DNA from: Sphingomonadales bacterium
GTDB lineage: Bacteria; Pseudomonadota; Alphaproteobacteria; Sphingomonadales; Sphingomonadaceae
Assembly: GCA_028871475.1 (NCBI GenBank)
Contig: JAGWMZ010000019.1
Span: forward strand, 16,102-80,101
DNA length: 64,000 nt
Direction of reading: 5' to 3'
Shown here in pieces: positions 1-10,204 of the stretch. Position 1 is the first letter of the stretch. Each line of letters opens with the position of its first letter. The notes under the pieces were generated by a model that was given only the letters and a program-made list of their open reading frames with translations, made no database searches and was not told the origin of the DNA. Position numbers and translations under genes: made by a program.

Positions 1-1
1 C

Positions 2-181
2 ATGAACACCAAAACCGGTCTCCTCATCCAGAAGATGACCTTCACCCGTATGCCCAAGCCCTGGATCAGCTTCAATCTGGCCAGCGGCGAACTGGTGACA
101 GCCGATCGCGTCACCGTGGGCAAACCTGCTCCCGGGAAATTCATCACCCCGGTCGAAATCTGGGTGAGCCCGAAGGATTGA
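2..181 (+). CDS. 3' end of an upstream gene (C-terminal 59 codons, product unknown)
   Basis: The frame is open from the window edge to TGA at 179-181. Third codon positions are strongly G/C-biased, as in the other genes here. No recognisable motif. Confidence 0.45.
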   Translation: MNTKTGLLIQKMTFTRMPKPWISFNLASGELVTADRVTVGKPAPGKFITPVEIWVSPKD

Positions 182-188
182 GGCATTA

Positions 189-404
189 TCAGGGAACTGT
201 CGGTGCCGCCTGGGCTGCGACACCATGCCCGGCCGCTGATGAGGCATCGAGCCGGGTCTGCAATTCCTCCTCCATCGAACTGGCCGCCGCCACCGCCTGA
301 TCGGATTGCTTCTGATAGCGCTCGTCAAAATCATCACGGTGATGGCAGGCACAAGCCGCCATCACCAGAATGACTGCCCAGCCATGTGCCAGAAGCCGCC
401 GCAT
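189..404 (-). CDS. small putative lipoprotein, translationally coupled to tamB
   Basis: ATG at 404 shares one nucleotide with the tamB stop (404-406). The N-terminus MRRLLAHGWAVILVMAAC looks like a signal peptide with a lipobox Cys. Confidence 0.45.
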   Translation of the reverse strand: MRRLLAHGWAVILVMAACACHHRDDFDERYQKQSDQAVAAASSMEEELQTRLDASSAAGHGVAAQAAPTVP

Positions 405-3400
405 CAATAGCGCTTGCGATAGCGCGCCGTCACGCTTTCGCCTCCAAATTGCCCCGCCGCGCTCAGCACCGAAAGCGCCTTGGTCAGGCTGACCTCAAGC
501 TGGGTGGCGGTATAGCCACGCGCATCGGTGATCACTTCGACATAGATGTTGTTGGTGATGTATTTCCCCGCCGCAACGGCTGTTTCCCGCCCTGTTGCGG
601 CATCGGCGCCCAGCACGCGCAGGCGACTGATCCCCGTCGCCGACTGCAAAGTCCCCAGCGGATTGAGTCCCCCCTTCCCGCCGCGCAGCGTGTTGAGCGA
701 GGATGCCAGTTGCACGGCCTGCAAGGTCGTCAGACTGCCCACAGACCCGCCAAACAGCACGCGTGCCATCAATTCATCCTGCGGCAGGCTGGGGGTTGAG
801 GAGAAACTGATCTGCGGACTGGTTGCGGTGCCCGTAATGCTGATCGTCATATCCACATCCGAGATTGTGCTGGTCGCGGAGATCTTCAGGACTGGGTCGG
901 CCAGCCCGCCACCGTCAAAGGTGATCAGGCTGGAATTGTCGAGATCGAAGGAATGGCCGGCAAAGCTGAGCGTGCCGCGCACCACGCCGATGGTGCCGGT
1001 GATGGCGGGCGAGCCCGTGGTGCCGCGCACGCGCAGGTTCGCCGCCCATTCGCTATCCAGCCCCATGCCCGTCACGAAAATCTGATTATCGGCCTTCACC
1101 CGGATGTTGAGCTTCCAGTTGGATGGCACGCTGGTCATCGGTTCGGCGCTGCCCGTGATGCGCTGGGGGCCAACGGCAGGCTTGTGATGAACACCGGTCA
1201 GCGTTGGCACGGTGGCAGAGCCTTCACGCACAATCTTGTAGTGCGTTTCGGGCAGGTTCACCGTGCCGCTGATTGTCGCGGGCTGACCGGGACCATTGAC
1301 GATCTGGATATCGCCACTGGCCCGGGCGGAAAGATCCTGGCCGGTGGCAAGCTGCGCATTATCCATGTTGATGCCCAACTGAATGGGATAGCCCTGCGCG
1401 GCGCTGAGCGAAACGAAGCCGCTGGCGCTGATCGTGCCGTTCCGGGCGCGTGCCGTCAGCTTTTCAACCTGCAGCCGGTCATTGGTGAAATGGCCGAGCA
1501 CCTGCATCTGCGTCAGCTTGGTGCCATAAGAGGCGTTTTCATAGGTCAGGTCATTGCCGCGCACCTCGCCCGTCAGCGAAGGGGCATTGACCGTTCCACC
1601 AAAATCGGCAGCAAGCCCGATGGGCCCCCGCAGGCTCTGATCGGCCAGCGTTGCCATCGACGCCAGCACGTCAGCCGGGCCATTATAGCGCACGCCGCCC
1701 GATAGTGGCGCGGCCATCAGCCTGGTTGACCAGCTTCCAGCCTCGGGCCCATAGGGCGACAGGTTCACCTGCATCTGCCCGATTGCCGTTCCGCCGCGTC
1801 GCAGCAGCGCCTGTGCATGGCCACCGCTCGCTGCAAGTTGTCCGGCCATGGTGATGTCCACCGGCTCGGAGACGGCGACAAGGCTGGTCCGGGTAAAGCC
1901 GGTGATGGCAAGGCGGGCATCGGCCTGCGGGAAGGCATCGGCAGAGGATTGCGAAAAATCGAGGCTGCCCGACGCATGGCCGCCGATCCCGGCCTGCGGG
2001 GCAAAGGCATTGACCAAAGCAAGGTCGACATCCTTGAGGCGGCTCTGCACAGCCATGCCATCGCCATAGCGTCCCTCGATCTGAAGTGTCCCTGTGTTCA
2101 CCGACAGCACGGCGGGACGCAAGGTGTAGGTCCCCTTCTCCGGCACGATCTGCAAGGGCGCGCGGGTGGCCACATCAACCCCGTTCACCCGGCCACGCAG
2201 CGCAACGCGCCACAATTCGGGGGCAAGCTGCGCATTGGCGGCCAGACGGAAGGGATATTGGCGACGCCCCTCCATCAGCAGTTTGGCCTGTCCCGCACCC
2301 GCATGATAGGCCAGATCAGCCCGCGCCACGGCGATATAGAGACCGCCCACGCGCGTTCCCGCCAGTTGCACGTCGCCGCTCATCTGCGGCTGATCGGTCA
2401 TCACCACATCTGCATTGACCAGGGCCCGGTCGACTGTCAGCCCCACCTTCCCCGGCAGGCTGGCATTCTTCGCGGCAAGCGCAATCGACGCCTTTTGCCG
2501 CCCGCCCTGCTCCGACAGATCCATATGCCCGGCAACGCCCGCTCCGGCGAGTGCCACGGTTCCGCCAAACGGGCCCGAGGCCAGTTTGATGATCCGCCCG
2601 GTCATGCCAATGCCGGAAAAGCTGGTCCCTGCCCTGAGATTAACCACCAAGGGGCCCTTGCCAGCGTCCACTGCCAGATCGGCCTTGAGCGGGCCGTAAT
2701 CCGTGCCGGCATGGGCCGTGATGCGATAGACGTTCTTCTCACCCGTCACATCGGCCACCAGATCGGCCAGCCCGACTCCGACGCCGGGCCGGGGGGCGTT
2801 GAGATGCAGCACAGGGCTGCCCACCGTGCCGCTCGCGCTGACAGTCAGCGGGCCATATTGATCCGAGGAGGCATTGGCGGCAAAGGCGATATGGCCTTGC
2901 GCGTCATACTGCCCATGGCCGCCGACCATGCGAAATTGCGGCGCGGCAATGGTCAGCCGGTCAAGCGTGGCGAGGCCATTGCTGTCATAGCCGACATCGG
3001 CATTGATCAGCGTATTGCCGCCAAGAAACCCTGCCAGGCCGTCATTGAGCAGCCGCGTCGAACGCGCCGCCACATGGCCGCCCAGCCTGAAATAGCCGTT
3101 CCCTCCGGTCTTGAGCCCGATGTTCGAGTCGAGGTTGAAGGTGCCGACACTGTCGACGAGATAGCCATTCACGCGTCCGTTGAGTGTGCCCGTATAGAGC
3201 GCCTTGTTCATGTCGGCGATGACGACGGCTTTGGCATCAATCCGGCTGGATTGCAGATGGATGTTGTCCGACAGCAACCGCCCTTTGGCATAAGCGAAAT
3301 CGCCGCTCAGGCGCAGATTGGTCAGCAAGGGCGCGACGCTGGCGCTGACACCCGTGATGGATCGGGCCACCCCCGTGATCGGAATAAGCCACTGGTCCTT

Positions 3401-4642
3401 GTCCAGCTTCGCGCTGCCCGAAACGGCAAGGCCATCGATGCGGGTGGCGCCGAAACCAACCCAGTCCGCGCTGAGCCGATATGTGAGCTGTGGCGCGACA
3501 AAGGGCCCGTTGAAGGTGGCCGTGGCATGGATCGCATCCCCCGCCAGGTTTTTGGTGATCACCTTGGGTTGCGTCAGCTGAAAGGCCAGCGTCATGCCGG
3601 AGAGCGTATTGTTGCCCATATCCATGCCGCCATCGGCCTTGAGCGCGAAACTGGCATTGCCCAGGGTTGCATGCAGATCCATGCGCCGCTGACTGAAGAC
3701 GGCAGCGGCGTCCACACGGGTTTGCGGTTCGAAAGGATTCTTCGCCTGCCCGGTCAACAGGACAGCGGGGCGCAGCACGCCGTGCATGCCAAAACTGCCC
3801 TTGCGCGCTGAAATGGCCACATCGCCCAGCCTCACCGCATCGACCTGCTGCACCAGATGTCCATCCCAGGCGTTCCAGTCGCCCTTGCCCTTGAGCGAGA
3901 TGTTGATGGTCCGCGCCGTGCCGCTCAACGATGCGAGCATCCCTTGCGCGGGCGCGTCAAGTTCCGTGTCGATCGCCAGCCGGTTGGTCTCAGGCGCCGC
4001 GTCGATCATGAGGTGGAGCTTGTCTCCCCCCGCTACGCCGGGAGCGACCAGCGCCTTGCTGTCCATCACGATTTGCGCGCGGCGATCGGCAATATGCACC
4101 CGCCCCGCAAAGGAGACGATATGCCGGTGACCGTCGATCGCCGGAGCGATGTCGAGCCGGTCCACCCGCACCACCCCCAGATCAATGTCGAGATCGGGCA
4201 GCAAGGGCGCATTGCTGGGCGGTGTGGGCTTGAAGGCGGGCTGGCGCAGAAGCTGGGCGCTGGGAACAACCAGCGAGGCAATGTTGATGTGCTGGCGCAG
4301 ATAGTCGAGCGGGGCATAATCGACCGCCACGGTTGGTGCCCGCAGGAACACGCCATGCCCGTCGCCAATCGCCAGATCCCTGATCCGCATTGAGGAGAAG
4401 ATCGATCCTTCGATCCGTCCGATATGCAGGGTCATGCCATTGGCAAAGCTGAGCGCCGAAATGCGCCTTGCGACAAAATCCCGCCCGCTGTCCGTGCCCA
4501 GCCACAAAAAGACGCCGCCGACAAGCAGCGCCAGCACGCCGATGACGCCCAGCAGCGAAAAGGCGATCCTACGCATCCACGGTTTGCGGGTGGCAACGGC
4601 TGGCAGGCCTTCTACCTCGTGCTTGGGAGTGCCCTGCGCCAT
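404..4642 (-). CDS. tamB: translocation and assembly module protein TamB (DUF490 family)
   Basis: 1412 aa with one N-terminal TM anchor, a long beta-rich Gly/Ala/Thr repetitive body and a conserved C-terminal region. It lies directly downstream of, and overlaps, a BamA/TamA-type gene. Confidence 0.88.
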   Translation of the reverse strand: MAQGTPKHEVEGLPAVATRKPWMRRIAFSLLGVIGVLALLVGGVFLWLGTDSGRDFVARRISALSFANGMTLHIGRIEGSIFSSMRIRDLAIGDGHGVFLRAPTVAVDYAPLDYLRQHINIASLVVPSAQLLRQPAFKPTPPSNAPLLPDLDIDLGVVRVDRLDIAPAIDGHRHIVSFAGRVHIADRRAQIVMDSKALVAPGVAGGDKLHLMIDAAPETNRLAIDTELDAPAQGMLASLSGTARTINISLKGKGDWNAWDGHLVQQVDAVRLGDVAISARKGSFGMHGVLRPAVLLTGQAKNPFEPQTRVDAAAVFSQRRMDLHATLGNASFALKADGGMDMGNNTLSGMTLAFQLTQPKVITKNLAGDAIHATATFNGPFVAPQLTYRLSADWVGFGATRIDGLAVSGSAKLDKDQWLIPITGVARSITGVSASVAPLLTNLRLSGDFAYAKGRLLSDNIHLQSSRIDAKAVVIADMNKALYTGTLNGRVNGYLVDSVGTFNLDSNIGLKTGGNGYFRLGGHVAARSTRLLNDGLAGFLGGNTLINADVGYDSNGLATLDRLTIAAPQFRMVGGHGQYDAQGHIAFAANASSDQYGPLTVSASGTVGSPVLHLNAPRPGVGVGLADLVADVTGEKNVYRITAHAGTDYGPLKADLAVDAGKGPLVVNLRAGTSFSGIGMTGRIIKLASGPFGGTVALAGAGVAGHMDLSEQGGRQKASIALAAKNASLPGKVGLTVDRALVNADVVMTDQPQMSGDVQLAGTRVGGLYIAVARADLAYHAGAGQAKLLMEGRRQYPFRLAANAQLAPELWRVALRGRVNGVDVATRAPLQIVPEKGTYTLRPAVLSVNTGTLQIEGRYGDGMAVQSRLKDVDLALVNAFAPQAGIGGHASGSLDFSQSSADAFPQADARLAITGFTRTSLVAVSEPVDITMAGQLAASGGHAQALLRRGGTAIGQMQVNLSPYGPEAGSWSTRLMAAPLSGGVRYNGPADVLASMATLADQSLRGPIGLAADFGGTVNAPSLTGEVRGNDLTYENASYGTKLTQMQVLGHFTNDRLQVEKLTARARNGTISASGFVSLSAAQGYPIQLGINMDNAQLATGQDLSARASGDIQIVNGPGQPATISGTVNLPETHYKIVREGSATVPTLTGVHHKPAVGPQRITGSAEPMTSVPSNWKLNIRVKADNQIFVTGMGLDSEWAANLRVRGTTGSPAITGTIGVVRGTLSFAGHSFDLDNSSLITFDGGGLADPVLKISATSTISDVDMTISITGTATSPQISFSSTPSLPQDELMARVLFGGSVGSLTTLQAVQLASSLNTLRGGKGGLNPLGTLQSATGISRLRVLGADAATGRETAVAAGKYITNNIYVEVITDARGYTATQLEVSLTKALSVLSAAGQFGGESVTARYRKRY

Positions 4643-6876
4643 CAGAAAGCCTGCCCGATGGAGATATAGACCGCAACGCGCGATTCACCGATCTCGCGAT
4701 GGATAGGCGTGGCGATGTCAAGCCGAAGTGGCCCGAAATTGGTGTAGAGCCGGGCGCCGATACCAGCGCCAAGCCGATAGCCGGAGAGCGAGGGAATGCT
4801 GCTGGTCGACAGTTGGCCGCCATCGACAAAGGCAACCAGGCCGTAATCGCCGAAACGGTAACGCGCTTCCACCGAGCTTTCCACCACGCTGCGCCCGCCG
4901 ATGGGCTCGCCATTGGGGTCTTTGGGCCCGAGTTCCTGATAGCCGAAGCCGCGCACCGAACCGCCCCCGCCCGCATAAAGCCGCCGCGACGGCGCGATGC
5001 TCTCACGCGATGCCCCACCGATTACGCCTACCATTGCGCGCCCGGCCAGGACAAAGCCCTTGGCGATGGGGTAATAGCCTGTCGCCTGAACGGAACTGCG
5101 CGCATAGACCTGTCCGCCCGCCCCCAGCGAGGTTTCGGGCGAGAAGGTGAAGGACAGGCGATAACCGCGTGTCGGATCGAGCAGCGAGTTCGACCGATCA
5201 TAGGTCACCTGTCCCGGCAGCGCCAGAACATAGAAGGTACGCCGACGATAACCGCCGAGCTGGACGTCATAATCCTGCTCATTGGTGCCCTCCAGTTCAA
5301 AGCCGTAGGAATAGGTCCAGCGCTTTTGCCAGATCGGTGTGCTGGCATAGGAGATGCGGCCATAGAGCTTGCCGGTATAGGCTTCATAGGCATTGAGGTT
5401 GGAGTGGTCGGCGCTGATGCCGATCTCGACGGTCCGGTCGCGCTGCCCGGCATTGGAGCGCCGAAACGTGCCGGCCAGCCCTTGCTCATTGGTGCCCAGC
5501 GTGGCGCTGCCGATCAGCGCACCTTCGGGCGGGAAGAAGTTGCTGTGCGTCCAGCTTCCCGTCGCCTTGAGGCCTTCGCCCGTGGCATAGCCGGCCTGAG
5601 CCGACAGTGAGCGCGGTGGACCGGCCTGTTCCTGCACCAGCAGATCGGCAAATTCGGTGTTGTCAGGCGCGGGCTTGCCGGTCTGCTGGGGCGTGACGGT
5701 CACGACCGAATAAAGCCCCGTTGCAACGAGCGCCTTGCGCAGATCATCGATCTTGCGACTGTCATACAACTCGCCCTTTTTGAACCGGGCGATGGTAGCG
5801 ATATGTCCGGGCTGGAACACCCGGCGGCGGCCTTTGACGATAATATCGCCATAGCGGCTGCGCGGACCGGGTGTGACCGGCAGGGTGTAGTCGCCCTTGC
5901 GTGTCTCTGCGTCGAGCTCGATGTCGCGCTGGCCGACCTTCACAAAGGGATAGGCCGCCTGAGGCAAGGCGACCCCGATGTTCGCCTCGGCCGCGAGAAT
6001 GCGATCGGCGACAATGGGCTCGCCGCTTTTGGGCACGAAGGCCTTCTCGATCAGATCGCCCGGTGTCACGGGAGGCGAATCGAAACGGATTGCCCCCAGC
6101 ACATAACGCGGCCCCGGCGCGGTATCGAGCGTCACGAGAATTGGCCCGTTGCTGCCCTGCTTTGGCAATTCAACGCTGCCGTGCACGCTGGCATCGAAAA
6201 AACCTTGCGATGACAGCACATCGGCCAGTGTTTTCTGGTCCTGCGTCATGCGCGCCTCGATCATCGCGCCATTGGCAGCCTTGCCCTTTCCCTCCCGCAG
6301 CGCCGAGACGGCATTGAACTGGTCGCGTATGGCATTGCCGTCAATCGGGGCGACGGAGGCATGATCGGCCAGCCTGTCGAGCCCGGTTATCTGATAGGTG
6401 TAATGGATCTGGGCGTCAGGCTTGTCATCGGTCTTGCCAGTGGCGGCGACCAGCGGCTGGGCATCGAAATCGGCCAGTGGTGTGAGCGGTCTGGCAAGCT
6501 CGGCATCCACCGGTGGAAGCGCATCAAGGGTGGTGATCTGCGACGATGGCTCCGTGGTTGCGGGCATGCTGGCGGGCCTTGTCTGCTTTTGCTGGGCCAT
6601 CCAGTCCCGGGCCGCGCCCAGGGGTGCTCCTGACGTGTCGATGGGAGGCAAGGCTGCGTCGAAATCCTTGTCAGGCAGGATGGGTGTGGTGGGGATGTCG
6701 GCCGGGGCCGGTGTCGAAACCGGGGATGTGGCGGGCGTGTGAACGCCTGTTTGGTCTACGGTTTGCCCCATCGCCAGATGGGCGCCGCACACCGCAAGAC
6801 AAACACCGCCAGCCATGATCAAGGCTCGGCGCCGGGACAACGCCATTGTTTCGAGGGGCGCAACCTTGCGTCTCAT
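4642..6876 (-). CDS. tamA: outer-membrane assembly protein TamA (BamA/Omp85 family)
   Basis: 744 aa with a signal peptide, a Pro/Thr-rich linker, POTRA-like region and a C-terminal beta-barrel ending ...YISIGQAF (terminal aromatic). Its stop overlaps the tamB start (TGATG). Confidence 0.88.
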   Translation of the reverse strand: MRRKVAPLETMALSRRRALIMAGGVCLAVCGAHLAMGQTVDQTGVHTPATSPVSTPAPADIPTTPILPDKDFDAALPPIDTSGAPLGAARDWMAQQKQTRPASMPATTEPSSQITTLDALPPVDAELARPLTPLADFDAQPLVAATGKTDDKPDAQIHYTYQITGLDRLADHASVAPIDGNAIRDQFNAVSALREGKGKAANGAMIEARMTQDQKTLADVLSSQGFFDASVHGSVELPKQGSNGPILVTLDTAPGPRYVLGAIRFDSPPVTPGDLIEKAFVPKSGEPIVADRILAAEANIGVALPQAAYPFVKVGQRDIELDAETRKGDYTLPVTPGPRSRYGDIIVKGRRRVFQPGHIATIARFKKGELYDSRKIDDLRKALVATGLYSVVTVTPQQTGKPAPDNTEFADLLVQEQAGPPRSLSAQAGYATGEGLKATGSWTHSNFFPPEGALIGSATLGTNEQGLAGTFRRSNAGQRDRTVEIGISADHSNLNAYEAYTGKLYGRISYASTPIWQKRWTYSYGFELEGTNEQDYDVQLGGYRRRTFYVLALPGQVTYDRSNSLLDPTRGYRLSFTFSPETSLGAGGQVYARSSVQATGYYPIAKGFVLAGRAMVGVIGGASRESIAPSRRLYAGGGGSVRGFGYQELGPKDPNGEPIGGRSVVESSVEARYRFGDYGLVAFVDGGQLSTSSIPSLSGYRLGAGIGARLYTNFGPLRLDIATPIHREIGESRVAVYISIGQAF

Positions 6877-7128
6877 CGAAATGCTGGAAACAAAACTATT
6901 CCCCCTCTGGCGTTTTCGCCCGCTTGGTCACTTGGCCATGTGCACTGGTATGCTTGGCGATGGCAAATGTTCCATGGGTAAAATGTGTTTTCCCACAATG
7001 GCGTATGCCCCTTGCCCGAAAGATTCGAACAGGTCGGCACAATTTTCTCCACAATGGGCGGAACACCTGACCTGTTGCTGTCTTTTCCTGATGATAGGCG
7101 AGAGACGTGTCTGCCACAGGAGGCCAAG

Positions 7129-7488
7129 ATGAAAAAGACAATAGCGCTGGTTTTGCTGACCCTGGCAACCGTGCCGCTGGCCGCGTGCGAGGAGGATGGC
7201 TACGGCGGTGTCTACAGCTATGGCCCCGGCCCCTATGCCTATGACGGCTATTATGATGGCTATTACGGCCCAATCTATGATGGTTATTGGGGCAGCGACA
7301 ATTATTTCTATTACCGCCATGGCGCGGGCGACAGAGCCTATATCCGCGGGGGACGCGATCATTTCTCCCGTAGTATACCTGATCGCGGCGGTCATAATTA
7401 CCAGCCGCTGCATGGCACGATGAACCCGGGGCAAGGCATGCACATGCCGCATTTCCCACACGGGGGCGGTCGCGACCATCATCGCTGA
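7129..7488 (+). CDS. Gly/Tyr-rich small lipoprotein
   Basis: ATG at 7129 follows AGGAGG. MKKTIALVLLTLATVPLAAC is a lipobox. The mature part is low-complexity Tyr/Gly/Asp with a His-rich tail. Confidence 0.6.
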   Translation: MKKTIALVLLTLATVPLAACEEDGYGGVYSYGPGPYAYDGYYDGYYGPIYDGYWGSDNYFYYRHGAGDRAYIRGGRDHFSRSIPDRGGHNYQPLHGTMNPGQGMHMPHFPHGGGRDHHR

Positions 7489-7664
7489 GGTGATCATCAG
7501 GTGATGTCGGGCGCCACGTTCCACCTGGAGCGGGCGGCGTCATTGCCTGACGTTCACTCAGGCGATCGGCGGTGCGTTGTGCCAGCTCTTCCCGCAACAT
7601 CCGGCCTTGGCCCTCTTGCCTGAAGCTTATACCATGGCGAGACGCGTGATGGGCAGCGGCCCGG

Positions 7665-8591
7665 ATGGAGAGGCTAGGCGTGCGACTGGACGATTTCGAC
7701 CCCGACAATGTGGATGTGGGCGATCAGCGCGGGCGTGGTGGCGGCTTTCCCGGATTTGGTTTCGGGAACGGTCAGGGCTTTAGCCTTGGCGGAGGGGGGC
7801 TGGGTATCGGCACGATCATCCTGCTGATGATCGGCGCATGGATGCTGGGGATCAATCCGCTCTCCGTTCTGGGCCTCGCCGGATCTGGTGCCGGCAGCGG
7901 CCCCGCCAGCGCGCCTACTGCCGCGGGTTCCGATGCCGCCAGCAGTTGCCGGGTCGACCGCTTTAGCCTTGAAAGCTGTAATGCGCTGGCCTCGCTCAAC
8001 ACCACCTGGAGCAAGACATTCGCCCAAGCCGGCTACCCCTTCAGCCGCCCTCGCCTGTGGTTCTATTCGCGCTATGGCCGCTCAGGCTGCGGCGCGGCGC
8101 AAAGCGCGATGGGGCCATTCTATTGCCCGGCGGATCACGGCATCTATCTCGACACCGATTTCTACCGCGAAATGGATCAGAAACTGGGCGCCAAGGGGCA
8201 ATTCGCGCGACTTTATGTCATCGCCCATGAATATGGGCATCACATTCAGGTACTGCGCGGCGTGTCGGACAAGATCAGCCGCCTGCAACAGAGCGAACCC
8301 GATCAGGCCAATCATCTCTCGGTCATGCTGGAACTGCAGGCCGACTGCTATGCCGGCGTCTGGGCCGCCAAGAACCGGGACAGGCTGGAGCCCGGTGACA
8401 TGGAGAGCGGCCTCAACGCCGCGCATCAGATCGGCGATGATGTTCTGCTGGCAGCAGCAGGGCGAACGCCCACCGAGTCTGCCTTCACCCATGGCAGCGC
8501 GGCACAGCGCATGGCATGGCTCAAACGCGGCATGGAAACCGGCGACCCGGCCCAGTGCAACACGTTCAAGGCGATAGGCACCGCCAGCTAG
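7665..8591 (+). CDS. ypfJ: YpfJ-family neutral zinc metallopeptidase
   Basis: N-terminus has RLDDFDPDNVDVGDQRG followed by a Gly-rich TM segment. HEYGHH zinc motif. General layout matches YpfJ/DUF933-type peptidases. Confidence 0.75.
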   Translation: MERLGVRLDDFDPDNVDVGDQRGRGGGFPGFGFGNGQGFSLGGGGLGIGTIILLMIGAWMLGINPLSVLGLAGSGAGSGPASAPTAAGSDAASSCRVDRFSLESCNALASLNTTWSKTFAQAGYPFSRPRLWFYSRYGRSGCGAAQSAMGPFYCPADHGIYLDTDFYREMDQKLGAKGQFARLYVIAHEYGHHIQVLRGVSDKISRLQQSEPDQANHLSVMLELQADCYAGVWAAKNRDRLEPGDMESGLNAAHQIGDDVLLAAAGRTPTESAFTHGSAAQRMAWLKRGMETGDPAQCNTFKAIGTAS

Positions 8592-8665
8592 TGGTCCGAT
8601 TCTGACATTCGATATCGTGTGACGAAAGGGCGCGTTCGAATGTCAGAATCTTTTCGGACCACTAG
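8588..8665. repeat. palindromic CTAG-flanked repeat element, copy 1 (REP/MITE-like hairpin)
   Basis: The left arm is CTAGTGGTCCGA+TTCTGACATTCGA. It pairs with a right arm whose reverse complement is identical apart from a 5-nt bulge. The central loop is about 23 nt. The ypfJ stop TAG lies inside the left arm. Confidence 0.6.
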
Positions 8666-8677
8666 AAACCTTTGATG

Positions 8678-8756
8678 CTAGTGGATTTTACGATTTTGAC
8701 ATTTGCAGACCCATCCCATCCGCCAGGGGATGCAAATGTCAAAATCAATCCACTAG
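8678..8756. repeat. palindromic CTAG-flanked repeat element, copy 2 (diverged relative of copy 1)
   Basis: The left arm is CTAGTGGATT(TTAC)GATTTTGACATTTGCA. The reverse complement of the right arm is the same sequence without the 4-nt bulge. It shares the CTAGTGG and TGACATT cores with copy 1. The fumC stop codon lies in the right terminal CTAG. Confidence 0.6.
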
Positions 8757-10144
8757 CGCCCGATCATGGCCTCAGGCCTCACGACGCGGTCGAAGGTCGC
8801 CTCGTCGATCAGGCCAAGCGCCAGGCCTGCCTCCTTCAGCGACAAGCCTTCGTGATGGGCGTGTTTTGCGATTTTGGCCGCATTGTCATAGCCGATCTCC
8901 GGCGCCAGAGCCGTCACCAGCATGAGCGAGCGATCAAGCAGGCCAGCGATACGGGACAGATCGGGCTCGATCCCCTCGACACAGCGCTCCGCAAAGCTGG
9001 CCATGCCCGTCGCCAACAGGGCGATCGAGTGGAGCACATTGGCGCCGATCAGCGGCTTGAAGACGTTGAGTTCCATATGGCCCTGCATGCCGCCCATGGT
9101 GGTGGCGACATGATTGCCCATCACCTGCGCGCAGACCATGGTCAGCATCTCGCACTGGGTCGGGTTGACCTTGCCGGGCATGATCGAGGAGCCCGGCTCG
9201 TTTTCGGGCAATTTCAACTCGCCAAAACCGCAGCGCGGGCCCGAGCCCAGCAGGCGGATGTCATTGGCGATCTTGGTGAGCGACACGGCAAGCGTGTTGA
9301 GCGCGCCAGAGAGGTGAACCAGCGCGTCATTGCAGGCCAGAGCCTCGAACTTGTTGGGCGCCGTGACGAAAGGCAAGCCGGTGATCGCCGCGATTTCCGT
9401 CGCTATATCGACAGCAAAGCCGGGCGGGGTGTTGAGCCCGGTGCCCACCGCCGTCCCGCCTTGGGCAAGGCTGAGCGTGGCAAGGCATGCCTGCTCGATC
9501 CGCTCACGACCGTGAGCGACCTGCGCGGCATAGGCGGAAAATTCATCGCCCAGCGTCAGCGGCGTGGCGTCCTGCAAATGGGTGCGGCCGATCTTGACGA
9601 TGGCGTCCCACGCCTGCGCCTTGGCATCCAGCGCCTGATACAGTCGGGTCAGGGCCGGTAAAAGGTCACGGTGAACGGCCAGCGTTGCGGCGATATGGAG
9701 TGCCGTCGGAAAACTGTCGTTCGACGATTGCCCCTGATTGACGTGATCATTGGGATGGACGGGCGATTTGCCACCGCGCTTGCCCGTCAGCGCTTCATTG
9801 GCGATCCCCGCGATCACCTCATTCACATTCATGTTCGACTGGGTGCCGGATCCGGTCTGCCAGATCACCAGCGGAAACTGATCGTCAAATGCCCCCTTAG
9901 CCACGCGGGCAGCGGCAGCTTCGATGCCCTCGGCCAGATCGGGTGCCAGACCATGTTGGCGGTTCACCCTGGCCGCCGCCTGCTTCACGATGGCCAAAGC
10001 GTGAACGATGCCCAGCGGCATCCTTTCATGCGCAGAAAAGGGGAAATTGTGAATCGAACGCTCGGTCTGGGCGCCCCAATAGGCATCGGCAGGGACTTCG
10101 ATGGGGCCAAAGCTGTCGGTCTCGGTCCTTGTCACACGCATCAC
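8753..10144 (-). CDS. fumC: class II fumarate hydratase
   Basis: 463 aa with the signature [15 protein letters not shown] and full-length resemblance to FumC/aspartase-family lyases. Confidence 0.95.
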   Translation of the reverse strand: MMRVTRTETDSFGPIEVPADAYWGAQTERSIHNFPFSAHERMPLGIVHALAIVKQAAARVNRQHGLAPDLAEGIEAAAARVAKGAFDDQFPLVIWQTGSGTQSNMNVNEVIAGIANEALTGKRGGKSPVHPNDHVNQGQSSNDSFPTALHIAATLAVHRDLLPALTRLYQALDAKAQAWDAIVKIGRTHLQDATPLTLGDEFSAYAAQVAHGRERIEQACLATLSLAQGGTAVGTGLNTPPGFAVDIATEIAAITGLPFVTAPNKFEALACNDALVHLSGALNTLAVSLTKIANDIRLLGSGPRCGFGELKLPENEPGSSIMPGKVNPTQCEMLTMVCAQVMGNHVATTMGGMQGHMELNVFKPLIGANVLHSIALLATGMASFAERCVEGIEPDLSRIAGLLDRSLMLVTALAPEIGYDNAAKIAKHAHHEGLSLKEAGLALGLIDEATFDRVVRPEAMIGR

Positions 10145-10204
10145 GGCACTCCACGCATACTGTTGCCGGCAAGCCTGCGTCAGCCGCGCCCCATTTTCAA
10201 CAGC

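Noticed and set aside
1817-3811. 664-aa plus-strand ORF, together with many other ORFs of 60-250 aa lying inside tamB/tamA.
   Set aside because: They are antisense to a well-supported 1412-aa gene. Their Arg/Gly/Ala/Pro-rich composition is typical of shadow ORFs in high-GC DNA, and no motifs were seen.
7577-7664. A longer N-terminal extension or alternative upstream start for the YpfJ-like gene.
   Set aside because: The upstream ATG ORF (7577-7783) is in a different frame and lacks the family N-terminal motif.
6896-7708. 270-aa and 198-aa minus-strand ORFs.
   Set aside because: They are antisense to the Gly/Tyr-rich lipoprotein gene and extend through intergenic DNA. Their His/Arg-rich low-complexity sequence mirrors the Tyr/Gly codons on the other strand.
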